In this document: positions 1 to 14,435 of the stretch, piece after piece
Layout of the letters: each line of letters begins with the position of its first letter
Numbering within the stretch: position 1 is the first letter of the stretch
Origin: Nymphaea colorata
Lineage: Eukaryota
DNA length: 64,000 nucleotides
Reading direction: 5' to 3'
NCBI RefSeq assembly: GCF_008831285.2
Contig: NC_045138.2
Span: 37,510,001 to 37,574,000, forward strand
Translations under genes and position numbers: made by a program
Notes under the pieces: generated by a model
Told to the model about the DNA's origin: nothing
The model's input: the letters and a program-made list of their open reading frames with translations, nothing else
The model's database searches: none

Positions 1-707
1 CGATTAGTTGCAGACAGTTAAGATAAACAAACAACTTTATGGTTACTAATTTCACTCAAGAAATTCAATTTTGCATATTTTCTACATCTATTTTCTCATA
101 AACTCAGAAGCTTCTATATAATTAAAAAATGCAAAAGTGTAAGTAAAATGTCAAGATAAAAACATGATATTCCATGTTTAATATTGTAATGATAGTTCTA
201 TTTAAATGATAGTACCCCAGCAGTCGACAGATGTAATGATATTCTGTTCGTCTTACAGCTAAGAAAATTCATGTTTTTCCCTAAAAAGGAATCATAAGAT
301 ATGGATGAGAGCTATTAAGGGCTAGCCCTTAGCCTTTGACCACAAACGGCCCTCGCATTTCTGAATTTCCTTATATGGACCTTAGATTTCCTGTAGAGTG
401 CAGAATGCTAAATGTAGACTGTAGAGTCATTGTTGCCATCCCACAGGACATTCAGTAATGTAACAACGTTATGTTGAGTTTTTCAGTTACCACACGCTAT
501 GTTGCATTTATTCGAAAGTTCTATTCTGGAGATCGCTAGAAATTGCACCATGTGAGTCAAGGTTCTCTGTAAATACATGATAGTGCATCAATGATCCACT
601 TTCTTGTTCTGGATATATAATAGATTGTAAGCCCGCGTCTCGACGGGATTGTCAGAAATTAGACTATTTCATTTTTAAAAAAATGGGTGTCTTTAACTTC
701 AAAATTA

Positions 708-769
708 GTCCATAATTTCAGTATTGGAGAAATTGACTGTCCATAATTTCAGTATTGGAGAAATTGACT
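708..769. repeat. 31-bp perfect tandem duplication
   Basis: GTCCATAATTTCAGTATTGGAGAAATTGACT x2. Confidence 0.95.
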
Positions 770-1058
770 AAGTAAATTTTTAACTTGCCTTAAGTTAGGA
801 TTTCAAACCCAAGTTGAAATTGTTTTTGTTTTAATTCTGGACTTACCTTCTTGGCTTTGGTCCTGATTGATCTTAGAAACTTATCGTAGATATAGTTTTG
901 AATTCAAAATCTTGTTTCAAACTCGTTAAGAGATTTGATTTTACAATTCAAGATTCTAATTTGAATTAGAGTTGATACAGTCCATGCATGTCCATCAACT
1001 GTCTAAAGCGAGCGTGATTTCTTTATTGTTTTGTTTTTCCTTGCTATGCTAAGTACAG

Positions 1059-4000
1059 GGTTGTTGAAGCAAACCAACTTGAGGGAACGATTCCTCCGGA
1101 GCTAGGCAACTTATCAAGGATAAAGAGATTGTACGTCATAATACTCCTTGCTACGTGATCTTTCATTTTGTGTTTGGGGATGGAAATATCGAATCAGTTG
1201 AAATGGTGGCTGCGCAAGGTCTTCCAAAATTGAGCGAATTATATAGCCTGAAAAATCAACTTATAAAACTGATCGACCGTCCCCACCGGCATTTTTGTGT
1301 CATACTGGCATTATTGCAAATATACGTAATTTGGTGGGCACCACCATTTTCATTGGAAATGGTTGGATGAGACTAACTTGTCGATGAGGATATAGGATTG
1401 AAAATAGATCCAGCAGATGAGCAGGACTGCTGTTTTCTCAATCTCGGCTACCTCTTCTGCTCTGGAAGATTGTTGTTGCAGAGTCTTGCAGCAGTTTTCA
1501 AGCTGGCAACTTTGGACATTACGGTTTCCATAATATAATCCAGAACCACCATGCTGAAAAGGACTTGAGCTTCCTAGATAGGCGATCTTAGTTTATGACT
1601 AACATTTAGGTGAACATGGTTCTGACTTCTGAACATACAAAAGACATTCTTTGCTGCAAAGTCGACGATAAGGGAACTCTCTGGTGGATGAAGAATTGAA
1701 GATGATCTCAAAGTTTTTAGTTCATTGAAAATGAAAAAAGGAGTTCTGCGTTTTGGTAGATACGGAAACACCATTTCCATCCTGACTCAAGGTTCTGAAT
1801 TGTCTGTGGAGCTGCTAACTACCATTCTGGGGTAAGATCGGAGCAGTTTTGCTATGTACTGATAACTCTGAGAATCTCAATGCCGAAGTTACCTATTAGG
1901 TGCAAACTAGTGGGTTTAAAGCATGACGCTATTGTTCCTTATTGGGCTAAGAAACAAGAACAGTACACGTATATGCTATGCCAGGAAAAGGTTGAGCGAG
2001 AAAACATCTTGTACCTGCTAGAGCTTGTTTTGCAGTCTACTCTTGCCTCAAAAAAATGTGTTTTTTTTTTGTCATGTGTATCATTCTCTAACACATTTGT
2101 TTTGGCCTGCAGGTTCCTTAATTCAAATAAGTTCACAGGACAGTTGCCTTCACAGTTAGCTAATCTCAAAACCATGACAGATTTGTAAGATTACTGGACT
2201 TCTATAAGGCTTTTTGTTTCTCCCGGTTATCTAGAAGCTTTGAGCATGCCATCAATTTTTCCTTGCAGCTGGATCAGTGGGAGCAACTTCACTGGGAGTA
2301 TACCGGATTTCATTGGCAATTGGACAAGCATTCAGCTGCTGTAAGTACTCGCTTTTTAAATCATTTGTGGATTGTGTCCAGTTGAAACTCAGGATGGTTT
2401 TAAATCAAACTGATTTTCAGGATGATAATTGGCACGTCCTTGCAAGGACCCATACCTTCTAGCATATCGGCATTGACGAAAATGACCAACCTGTAAGTGC
2501 AATTTCCCTTGTGTTTTCGATGCATCAGTTGTTCTTTGATTACTTGGGGATGTGCACGCCGGGGATGAGGGGTGGTGATCGTTTGAAATTGATGCATCCT
2601 TGAGCATCAACTTCCCTCTGCTTGGGGAATCTTTTGATTTGGTTGTCCAATCTGTATTGCCGTTTGGCCTTTTGTCCAGATTCTGGTAGCTTTTCACTTT
2701 TCAGAAATCCAATTACACTGATGTATTGACATTGTTGAAAATTATATATTAAAAAAAAAAACCCATCCAGCAATGTGCAGGTTGGATATTACAAATCACC
2801 AAAACCAACAGTTTTAAGTTGATCGTATCATAAAATTCAGTCAGCATCACATATCAATATTTTTCTACACATAGATGTATTCAACCCAAACACTTATCGC
2901 TGGATTTGTGTGGGGACTGACCTGAATCCAGCAGAACTGCCGAGACAGATAAACTGCAGAATCCACCCACCAAACTACTTGGACTTGACCTGATCATTCT
3001 GATCGAGATATTTTCGTGGAAGAAATAATTTACAATACTTGATGGCCATGTTGCCAAGAGAGAGATCCCTTTCATCTTTACCTGATAAAGCACATGTTAA
3101 TCTTTCCAGACTTATTTGATGTGCAGGAGAATCACTGACCTAAGTGGACCTGGGTCAAGTTTTCCTGATCTGAGTAACATGAACAACTTGCAAGAACTGT
3201 AAGTCCGACTTCTGCTTGGTGCAAAGCTATTCTGGCCTCCAATTCTCATTATCATCTGAATGGACATAATTCTGCAGGATACTGAGAAACTGCTCGATTT
3301 CAGGGTCGATCCCAACTTATATCGGGAGCTTGACACAACTGAAATATCTGTGAGTTGCTTGTGTTTTTCTAGGTTAAATCTGATTACTGTTCATTTCTCT
3401 GTTTTGTAATGAACTCAAAATTCAAATTTCAAGATTATTTATAAATGAGCTCCTACTTCAAAGTTCAAACTGACTTAGTTGAATCCAGACTGATAAAGCT
3501 ACAGACATTGCATCAAAGAAATCTATAGATAAAATGGTAAAAAATGGATCACTTGCTTAATCTGTCATGAAGAAATTATTATTATTGACTCTATGATGCC
3601 CGAAGCATGTCCATGAAAACTTAAAAAACGACTGTTCCTTTTAGGATATATAAACTATAAAGCAGGAAACGTGAATCAAGATTTGCATGTAATCTTTTTA
3701 AATTTTATTAGTCATCTGCATCCTTGAATGTTTTTTTCTTTTCGTAGGTTGGTTTTATCAGTGTTGGGCCATTAACTTGCATAAATATGCAAGTAACTAA
3801 TTGAATGATAAAAGAAAAAGCATGATCTTTTTTTTTTTTGATATACATTCTTTGAGCAGTGTCTTTGTCTATATCTCCATCTTCATTTTTCGGTTATTTG
3901 ATCCATTTTGCAGTTTTTTGTGACATTCGTTCTGCAATTTGCAGGGACCTTTCATTCAATAACTTATCAGGACAAGTACCTGAATCCTTCCCTAGTTCCC

Positions 4001-7000
4001 TGCAAGCAATGTAAGTTGGTTGATGCTACAGATTGCTTGCTTTAAGTTGGTTTCATAATTCCTTATCATGGTCGTAACCAAGTTGGCACTGTTGTACTTC
4101 ATTTTCTGTGGAGGTAACCCTCTGTCATTTGTGTAGGTTTCTCGACAACAATAAGCTAACGGGGTCAATGCCTGACTGGATTTTTAGCAGCAATGACTTT
4201 CTGTGAGAATTTTTATCTTCTCTCTTGTTTTTGTTGAATTAATAGCTCCTGGCCTGAGTTCTCATCATCACATCTGAGGTCTAAAGTTTGATTAGATACA
4301 AGGTTCTCTTCATACTCCTTGAAAGTTCACCATCATCATGTCACATGCATTAGCTTGAAGCCTTGAAGTGTGAAGAAAGTTACAAGCATAATGATATCTA
4401 AGGATGTTTCCAAAACAATATAGCTGTGATTCCAAGAATGCATTGACAAGACTAAGTCCAGCAAAACTAGGATTTTATCCAGTTTCAGTTGTGTATCTGT
4501 TTGGACTTTTTAATTTCCTGCTTCATTCCGAGACTTGACAACTGTCTGAAAAGTGGAAAGGAAAGAGCTTATTACTGGCAGGATACTCAGTGTTGATAGT
4601 CTTCTTTTTGCAATGCACAATTTTGAAGGACTTGATGCTCTGCAGGGATGTGTCGAAAAACACTTTCACAGGAAGAGCTTTAACAACTTGTCCTCAGGGA
4701 AACCTGTAAGCATACTCCTTTCTGATTTAGATTCCTCATGTTTAAGCAGCAGTTTTGATCTTATGCCACTTGACAATCATTTCTGCTTCTGCTTGACCCA
4801 GGAACTTTGTAGCCAGTCATTCGTCTACAAATAACAATTCGTAAGTGATATGCTTTCTGTTCTTTAATAGATGCTTTCTGTATGCTCATTAAAAGATCAA
4901 TCTAAGCAGCCCATAATTGTTACTTTCACATTCATGTGATTTATTTTATTGTACCGTGATAATAAAACTCATGGTTGGTTTCTTTTGTTAGGGTCCCAGC
5001 ATGCTACAGAAAGGATTTCCCATGCTCCAGTACACCAAAATGTAAGTCTAGGAACTGACTTACATGAAAAGAAATTTGCAGAAGCATTAGATTAGTGGCT
5101 ACATTAACAATTGCATTCCTTGTTCGATGGGAGGGTAAATTTCTAAATGACACTGGCAGATTCTTCTTTGTTCATCAACTGTGGAGGGCCTGCATATACA
5201 AGTATTGATGGAAGAAAATATGAAGCCGATATGGATGCGAGGGGCGAATCGTTCTTCGTTAACCATGACACATGGGCTATGAGCAGTTCTGGGATGTTCA
5301 TGGACATTGGGAGTGGCACTTACCTAGTGTCCAACACAAGCACATTGTCAATGAAAGCTGATCCAACACTGTATACAAAAGCACGTATCTCACCCACCAC
5401 CATGACCTATTATGGTCTGTGCCTACAAAACGGAAACTACACGGTCGAACTTCACTTTGCTGAACTCATGTTCACCAATGGCCCGACTTTTACTAGTATT
5501 GGAGAGCGAATATTCGACATATATATCCAGGTACATAGCCAATCGTTTGACAAATTCTTACCTTATACTGACCTACTGAGTACCGATCATAAATTTCTTT
5601 CTAATGTGGTCTCTGCACAGAATGAGCGAGTACTGGCCAATTTTGACATTGCCAGAGAAGCTGGTGGTTCGGGTAAGCCAGTTGATAAAAATTTCACTGC
5701 AAACGTAACAGCAAACACTCTGGAGATCACTTTATATTGGGCTGGCAAAGGGACGCTCGCGGTTCCAAACAGAGGGGTCTATGGGCCTCTCATTTCAGCT
5801 ATTTCAGTGACTCCCAGTATGTTGCTGTCTCTATGCTCTTTCAGTATCATGGTGTTCATAGATATCCATCTTATCTGGAAATATTCTCAGTAGCACAGTG
5901 TGTTCAAGATTCAAAACATAACATCGTGTTTGATAATGCTTAACTTATATTCTTGTTAGCTGAAAGCATGACCTCATATTGACTTTAGCATATAATTACC
6001 ACCCTGGACATCTGTTGCCTCGCAATTATGCGGCAAAGTTGTTTCATTACCATGACCACATGATTGAAAAAACTATTTGACTCTCAGTAGTTTACATCAC
6101 CACTATATGAATATGGTCCTCTAATATTTATTAATGTTTTTATTTTACAGACTTTGTACCTAGGGACTTCGATGATGAGAAACGTGAAACACCAACTGCA
6201 GTCATCATTGTGGTAGTCATTGCTGCTTGCTTAATAATCATTTTGTTTTTAGTAATCCTTAGGATGAAGGGCTGTCTTGGAGGCAAACCACCTTTGGATA
6301 AAGGTACGAGCATATATTTTCTCTGCTTTACGTTACTGTGATACGATTTTTGAAGAATAAAATGCAAATAACCTAGCAGCTTGAAATCATTGCAAAAGAT
6401 CTTCTGTGTGATTCCAACTTCAAGTCTTCATTTTTAGTTAGCAACAACATTTTCTGTAAATTTTAATCAAATTTGCAATTAAGCCACTACTAAGGCAACT
6501 TCAATTAACACTGACCTGGAAAACCACACCAAGACTTTATGAATGAAGTTGGGGCTTCCTTGTGCTCTGGAAGCCTTTTATCTCTTAAATTTATTCATCT
6601 TTCAAAGTAAACAAGTCCCCACTGAATGTTCAAGCTCTTTAATTCTTCACTTGACTTGGTAGAACTTCAAGGCCTAGAGCTGCAAACTGGATATTTCAGC
6701 CTTAAACAGATAAAAGCAGCAACAAGGAACTTCAATTCCATGAACAAGATCGGTGAAGGTGGTTTTGGACCCGTTTACAAGGTATATTCTAAATGCTGTA
6801 GCATCAAATGTCTATATGTTCCTTTTTGTTTTTAGGTATTGTCATTCGGAATTTTGACATACCATTGCAGTTTCGGATTTATGGTCGTAGAAAAAAAAAA
6901 AGTGACGAAGTTTGTGCACGCTGCAAGTATTTTTTCTAATGTTTTCTTCCTCACGTTTTCTATAACCAGGGAACTTTGCCGGACGGTACCGTAATTGCAG

Positions 7001-8783
7001 TAAAACAGCTTTCGTCAAGATCAAGACAAGGTAACAGGGAATTCTTAACTGAGATAGGCATGATTTCAGCTTTGCAGCATCCAAATCTTGTGAAGCTATT
7101 TGGTTGTTGCATCGAGGGCAACCAATTGATGCTTGTGTACGAGTACCTGGAAAACAATTCGCTTGCCCGTGCACTATTTGGTAAGCATTTTCAGTTTCAT
7201 GTCAGCTTAACTCAAAATATACACGCAATTGGGCCATTCATATAGGAGAAACCATGCTCTTATACAATGCCGATGTGCTTTCTGGTTGTTCCATTGCTCG
7301 CCGGAAAAGTCTAACATGCAGCAATTTGGTAACCGCAGGGCCACCGGAGAACCGGTTGAAACTGAATTGGCCAACAAGAAGCAGCATCTGCATTGGAATC
7401 GCAAAAGGTCTTGCCTATCTTCACGAGGAATCTAGACTGAAGATTGTTCATAGAGACATTAAAGCTACAAACGTTTTGCTCGATAAGGATCTGAATGCGA
7501 AAATATCCGACTTTGGTCTAGCAAAGCTTGATGAAGGAGATAATACGCATATCAGCACTCGAATTGCTGGGACCATGTGAGTTAATATTACAGATTCTGC
7601 TTTGCGCGTGGCTTTCATTTGCATATTAGGCCTTGCAGAGGTTGACAATTCTAAAATTTTAATTGAAATGCTTGCCGAATGTATGTTTCCACAAGATCTC
7701 TTTTGCCGTTTTGAGCTCGTCCAGGCGGGTAAAAATATTCAAATTGTGCCTACATGGAGAGACAGAGAGAAATTTTTCCGTTTTCCCTTATAACCTGATG
7801 ATATCTATATGACCGATCAATTGCAGAGGTTACATGGCTCCTGAGTACGCAACGAGGGGTTACTTAACCGACAAGGCAGACGTCTACAGTTTCGGGATCG
7901 TGGCGTTGGAGATAGTGAGTGGTAGAAACAACACGACTCCCATGCCGGAGGATGATGGCACGTTCCTCTTGGATTCGGTATATTCCTTCATCTTGTGTTA
8001 TGCTGAACGGTGATATTCCTAATAGTTTCAGTAGTGAATATCTGGAACATCTCGTTCGGGCCCCGGGGTCCCTGACCTGTGGTGAATAATTTGAAATATC
8101 AGCAAAAGTGAAACCCTTGTCAATATAATAAAAAACGTGAAAAGTTTTCGGAGATCATGACGAAAATGTAGGTTCGATGTAATTTTTGTCCAAATTTTTA
8201 CTTCTTTTTGGCGTCACATTCCTGAGCTGACCACTTAATATCCGCTCATACGACGACCTAGGCTAAGAACATATTACTCTCATTTTCTCACAAGTTTGAT
8301 ATTCTTTAAATGTCATGAATGAGATATTTTCATGAATGAGATATTTTACATACTAACAGCTGCTTAATGATACCCCAGGCTTATGTTCTACAAGAGAAGG
8401 GTCGCCTCCGGGAACTCGTAGACCCGAGCTTGGAATCAAACTTCTCGGAGGAGGAGGCATTGAGAATGCTTAAGGTTGCGCTTCTTTGCACCAGTCCTTC
8501 TCCTAGTCTTAGACCTAAGATGTCTACCATCGTCGATATGCTTGAAGGGCGAACCGAAGTTTACCAAGTTCCAATCGTGGCTACCGTATTGAATAGAGCT
8601 TTCGTCGGTGCTCGGTCGCAGCATCTCTCACAGTACAGCACAACTCAGAGCCAGTCATCCACGGGACAAAGCAGCGGCCGTGGACCATGGATGGCGTCAT
8701 CGGAGTCAATTTCCATTGTAGAGGAGGACCATTCCATGTTAATAAGGTCTGCTAGTGAGCAAAGTTTAGAACACCTATCATAG
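1059..8783 (+). CDS. LRR-malectin receptor-like Ser/Thr kinase (LRR-VIII-2 type), 5' end upstream of the window
   Basis: 19 GT-AG exons in one frame: 1059-1130, 2113-2184, 2269-2340, 2421-2492, 3127-3198, 3278-3349 (72-nt LRR exons, e.g. [14 protein letters not shown]), 3945-4010, 4137-4202, 4646-4705, 4802-4840, 4992-5041, 5160-5530 and 5621-5816 (malectin: SLFINCGG...LHFAEL...[10 protein letters not shown]), 6151-6303 ([23 protein letters not shown]), 6663-6781 ([12 protein letters not shown]), 6970-7180 (IAVKQL), 7339-7576 ([11 protein letters not shown]), 7827-7977 (GYMAPEY), 8379-8783 (stop TAG). About 851 aa within the window. Confidence 0.95.
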
Positions 8784-9991
8784 TCATTCGACCTTCGGAT
8801 CAACGTCATGGCAATGAAGAATGTAACTCATTATATTTCTCTATGACTCGCCGTTCGTGTTAGTGAAACGTGTAAGCTGTTTGTTTGTTTGTTTGTTTGT
8901 TTTCTTCAAATACTTCACTGTTTATTTTTTATTGAGACGGGATGCATATTTGTATTGTATGTATCTCAATTTTAATAAATATGTATAGTCATCTTATTCT
9001 TTTAAGGCAATGCTCAGTCCTCTGGAATCCTTTTCTTGGAGGGAGAACCAAATGTGAGAATTAGAAATCTTTCCTTTAATTCCAGGAAATTCGAACAATC
9101 TTTGCAATGAAGCATACGGGAGTGCAGGGCTATTGAGTTGGTAAATCAAAAGAGTAGTTCGACGTTATTTCTGATCTTCAGTTTGTTATGCCTTAAAATT
9201 TTTTAGGGACTGATTCCTCTTACCTGAAGCTTTTGGTTTTGCCCGCTATGCATGCATCGGGGTCGGTGTTCTCCCTGTTAAATGGTTAGCCACCAGGTTC
9301 GCATCATGAATATGCAACATGAAAGCAACCCAGAGACAAGAAAGGAATGGTTCATGTAAAGTTCTCAACATGCAAGTGCTCATCCTTTTTTACTTTGATC
9401 GTAGACCAAGAACTTTGTCTTTTAAATTTAAGTAGATGTAATTCAGCTTCTCTCAAGCTTCACAAATACCATCTTGGGTTAGTGCTGAAGCTGGAGGTTT
9501 TTTTTTTACAGGCAAGCGAAGTAGAGTAAACCCTTATATAAAATAAACCATCATTCATTTTCAGTAGTTTGGTTCTCCTACTTGATCGACTTCATTATCT
9601 TACACTTGGCGTTCCAGAGCACCTCACACATAATTGCAAAAGCCAAGTCTCCTTTGCAAATTACAAGTACAATTACTTAATTGCCCACAAAATTTGGGTA
9701 CAATGACTGATGGACCTAGTCACCGCTGCTACAAATTCAATAGATACATCACAGCCAAAGAACTTAGTTACAACTAAAGAAAAACCAGGTAAGAGCGTCA
9801 TTTTCATACAAGCTATGGGCCTTTCTTTTTAGATACTTCACACAAGGTGCGGAGAGTACAAGCTAGCTGGTCCAATCCTAACACACAAGAGCGGAGGGTC
9901 AGCGCTACCTATTGCCAACATACACAAGCCTAAGGAACACAGACCCTCAGGCCTAACCCTAACCATACTTCCGGCATTCGTCGCCGGAGCT

Positions 9992-12900
9992 TCACACGTG
10001 CCTCCGGCGCTTCCCGGTCAATAGCCCACCATGGTGGACCTGGTAGAATGGTTGCTGGATGAGAGAAGGTGAAGACGAGGATGTGATGTCCGGTACGAAG
10101 AACGAGTCATCAGCGTACGACCGAGCTGCCGGAAAATTAGCCGGCCAGTAGAGCCCGGAGTCGGTCGGCGGCGACGGCATCTCCGGCACCTGGAATGTGC
10201 ATTCCTCGACGGACAGTTCCTCGTCGGCAGCGTGGTAGATCGGCGACCAATCGCACTCCCCGTACTTGCTCGGATCAACCTGCAAAGTTAGCCTGTATTA
10301 TGAATCGGACTACTGATTTTAAGATGGAAGGTCATTTTTGAACTCACAAAGTGGTTTTCTTCCATTACAAAAAGAAACAGTTAGATCAAAGAAATCGAAC
10401 TTTGTCATAAGCGTGTCCCCATTCTACCATACCACCAAACTTGAGCGCCTACATTGTTGCAAAACTTTTTAAGAACCAAATGAACGACCACACTGGCATG
10501 TGTCTGCAGGGCCAACTAGAGATTGGACTCGAGAGAGTCAAAGACGTTGAGGAACTAAAGGGATGCCAATGGATACATTCCAATGAAATGTGCCTTTCAT
10601 TTTATCCGATTTATCACATGCTCACATCTTCCGTGTCAAATGCACATAAAAAGAAGTATAATACGGTATCGGAATCTAAAGTTTAAATTGCAAATCCAAA
10701 TTGAATTCCAATAAAAACCAACTTTCAAAATGTATGAATATCAAATAGGAAACATTTATTTAAAGCTAAATCGGAATTTGAATTCAAATCGAAATTCAAT
10801 CGGATATATGTTAGATTTTTTTTTCTTTTTGGTCCCATGTCCAATTTCATTCCAATCCATACCCAATATTTTGAGTCTTGAAAGCCGATAAATGGGTCAA
10901 AAACTTGTGGGGATCCACATCATAACTAAGCAGGCATAAAAGGACGGACTGATCCAAGGGGGGCCCCAATAAAGCATAGTGATCCGACCCGGGCCCATTT
11001 CACCACCCAAAACAGGAGGATGAAGGTGGAGGTGGCACCGGCCACGTGAACTTCACGTGAAGAATCAGGAGGAACAGGAAAGCATGAGAAGTGCATATCA
11101 GATGCAGCTCCCATTGCAAAGAGAAGAGGGAAAGGCTCCCCCCATACCATCCCCATCATTTCTTTGTTCTTTGTTTAATGTTGGTCCCCCTTCCATTATA
11201 GACCCTCACCTCCAGGAGCAGGAGGTTGGTGTACATGTAATGGGTTGAATCTGGATCCGAGGGGGACTTGACCTGGACGCTCTTCACAGCTCCCATCTTC
11301 TTATCAAGATTGCAGACTTCTCCAGATTTTCAACTTGTAGAGGAAGAAGCAGGACTCCATGTACGACCACCTCAAATCCGAGATTCTGAGAAAAAATGAA
11401 TCTGGTTTCTCTTTTGTGCATAGAATCCGTTATCTATAGATTCCTCCTGTAATACATGAACCTTTCAAACAAGGGATTTGAGATTCTTAATGAAAATACA
11501 TGGGTCTGAAATCTTGAAATCTATAATCCCAAGGTCCCAAATCATTAGGGTGTGTTTAGTAGCTTTAGATTTCAGATCCAAAGCTGATTTAAGAAGATCC
11601 AGCCTATGTAAGACCCATAACGTAAACAAAAACCTTAAGAGGATTTAAGATCTTATCTGAGTTTTCTAATAATCTCAAATAGCTTCGGATCTCGGATTCC
11701 AAGGCTATCAAACACTCCCATTTAAGAAATCTAAGTACCCACCAGGAGAACCAAAGTTTTCGCCTTCTGCCAGGGAACAGTTTGAATCCCAAGGTGAAAC
11801 AAGCAGAAGCCCGCTCTATGCTGGACAGAGAGGCATAAACTAAAAGGGCAAAGGCGGTTCAGATTCAACAACTAAAGCAGGTTCGACAGCTTTGGCCTGT
11901 AGCGACCATACACACGCCACGGAAACAAACATGGATTAACGAGCAATGGCCTTGGTTCCATGGAATCGGTTTCCAACCCGCACAAAGGGAAAAGGAGAAA
12001 GAAAAGGCGCAGAAACAAACTGTGCATACCTTAGATGAGCCATTATCGACGAACGCGAAGTTCTGATCGAAATCAGGCAGGCTCAGGAAATCATCAAGAC
12101 CCCAGTTGGGCAGTAGCCCGGTGACCGGAGTGCCCGGGAACTGGGCCTTGCCGGTGGTACCTGCGTTATCACGAATGCAGTTCTGGACCGGAAATGGATC
12201 TACAGAGGAGGCAGCAGTAGCGATCGTGGCTGCCGCAGGCACCGTCGCCGTGGTTTGAGCCGCCTCCGGAGTCGGTTTCTTGGACAGAAACGGAGCAGGG
12301 CACTTAGGAGGCGGGGCAGGGCCTCTGTCTGCAGGATCAGGGTTGATGACGACAGGGGTGGTCTCGAGACCGACCCGCACCCCCGTGATTAAGAACCTCT
12401 GGTGCCCCGAGACATAGGCATTGGCCGTGTGAATTGCCACATCGCATTTCCGGCATAGCAGAGCCCGGTCCTCTACGCAGAAGAAGTAGCCGATGGCGTC
12501 CTAAGAAGAAGAAGAGGATTATGAGCAATTACCAACAATAATCCGATTTCCAAAAATTCAATTTTCGCATGAGTCTCTGCTGCTGCTGCATCAATATTAA
12601 TAGTAACAAGAGCAATAACAAACAGAGCACTAATATAAAATGGTTTTCGTCTTTCTTAAAGATTTCATTGGATGAGAAAGATTCACTTTGTAAAATTATT
12701 TTAAAAAATCAACCAATATCCTCTGTTCCTTTTCTTCTACAGAGACGAGACAAAAGCAACAGTAAGCACAATCACATACTCGAAAAAAAAAAAAAGAATC
12801 TTCCTTTTCCACTTAAAAAGTAAAATTGGTTATAAATCACCTAAACATCCATTCCATTATTGTTCTACAAATCCAATTAAGGCTTAGTTTTAGCAGACTG

Positions 12901-13308
12901 AACAAATAAAGGAAAAGAAGAAGAGGAAAAATCCAAGCAAGATACTGCTTCGGTTTTGATCTTGAAATCGGAAAAACAAGGAATGGTATCTTAATTCTTT
13001 CGCAGAGAAAGTGCTAGCGACACCAACTACTGACAGATAAAATTACCATTTAAAAGAAAAAAACATTGAAACAGAAGACAAAGAGAAAAGAAGTGATTGG
13101 GAAGATTGTTCTGATCTTCGTTTGGTACCTGGCAAATATCACACTTGGGCATCTGAGAGGCGGACATGAGAGGAATCCTCTGATGCTTCTCTGCCAACTT
13201 GTTAGCAGCATGGATCTTCTCATCACAGCCACTGCAGAGGGCGGCTTCATCTGCACAGCACATCACCACCGCCTCTGCTACCTCACAGGAATTACACGTT
13301 ATCTTCAT
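9992..13308 (-). CDS. BBX22: Double B-box zinc finger protein, BBX22 (LZF1/STH3)-like, about 312 aa
   Basis: Exons 13308-13129 (MKITCNSCEVAEAVVMCCADEAALCSGCDEKIHAANKLAEKHQR...CDICQ), 12500-12030 (second B-box FCVEDRALLCRKCDVAIH) and 10279-9992 (QVPEMPSPPTDSGLYW, FVPDI VP-motif, C-terminal KRRR). No CCT domain. Subfamily assignment is from recalled motif similarity. Confidence 0.9.
11548..11719. mobile_element. Tourist-like (PIF/Harbinger) MITE in BBX intron 2
   Basis: GGGTGTGTTTAGTAGC...GCTATCAAACACTCCC (13/16 inverted match, extending inward). TTA on the left flank, degenerate right flank. Confidence 0.55.
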
Positions 13309-13431
13309 GGTGCTCTCTCTCTCTCTCTCTCTACACAATCAAACACAGAGAAACCCTCTAGATCTCTTCCTAACAACCCTTTTAGATTTTCAAACCTCTT
13401 ACGTCTGCTCCCTTTCCTTTGTTTTCTCCCC

Positions 13432-13438
13432 TTTTATA
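13432..13438 (-). promoter_or_regulatory. Candidate TATA box of the BBX gene
   Basis: TATAAAA on the minus strand about 125 nt upstream of the ATG, followed by a GA-repeat leader. Confidence 0.4.
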
Positions 13439-13858
13439 CAAGATGGTTTATCCACAAGGAGGAGAGCGAAAGCAGGGAGAAATATCTGAGATGAACACAA
13501 GAAACGCATGGCACCAGATGCTTGTGCTGACGAAAATAGACGAGCGTGTCCCTACTTTATTCTTGAAAGGACATGCCCAGATACTTAAGCCGGCCGCCGG
13601 TGCGAACAAGAAAGTGCATTCCGTCCTAGGCTCTTGGACTGTTGCATCGAGATGCTTATAAGCTTTCCAAGCAGAAAATGTCGTCCGGTCATCTTTAGAT
13701 GGACGGTCGGCCCTCTCCCAACGTCTACACTTCTTTACTACCAGTGTCATGCGTGACCGGAGGAACTTTTCCTTTCCGGTGAGAGAGATGGTTCTTTCTC
13801 CTACTGTTCCGGTGAGAGCGGGAACTCTCATTTTTTTCCTTGACTTTAGGGTTCGGCT

Positions 13859-13950
13859 ACATACTTTAACTTGTACATAAAACTTTTCTCCTCATAACAT
13901 AATCACATACTTTAACTTGTACATAAAACTTTTCTCCTCATAACATAATC
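13859..13950. repeat. 46-bp perfect tandem duplication upstream of the BBX gene
   Basis: ACATACTTTAACTTGTACATAAAACTTTTCTCCTCATAACATAATC x2. Confidence 0.95.
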
Positions 13951-14435
13951 TCCTGCAAATTTGAACTGAAGACATCCGCCCCTTTTTGTAATATTTAAAA
14001 TTTTGAAAAGGGTGTTTAATGGGAAGAATATGGGGAGTAGATGCTTAATAAATTCAGGCACGCAGGTTGAATATTTGATCCTGGGGAAACTATTCAATTT
14101 GATTTGATTTTTTATACACAAGTTTTAAATGAATGATGGTAGTTCTCTTTTGTTGGACCCTAATTTGCACTGATAATGTAAAGATCCATGAGCTAGGATT
14201 TGTAATTTCACACTCAGCTTTCCAAGATTGGGCTTAAACTCAATTGCCAAAACTGAGTTTTGTTGTCATCCAAGTAGGCACAAAGCGCAGTTTTAGATTG
14301 AACAGGTTTTCAACGGGATTTGTTGTCATTCAAACATGTCCTAAAAGGTTGGATTGGAATGAACGTGTGGACTACCATGGGAAGTTAGGACCATTTGAGT
14401 CAATGTCCTCTCTATTCATGATATGATATGATCAG

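Noticed and set aside
13066..13494. 142-aa and 96-aa plus-strand ORFs
   Set aside because: Antisense shadows of BBX exon 1 and its CT/GA-repeat leader.
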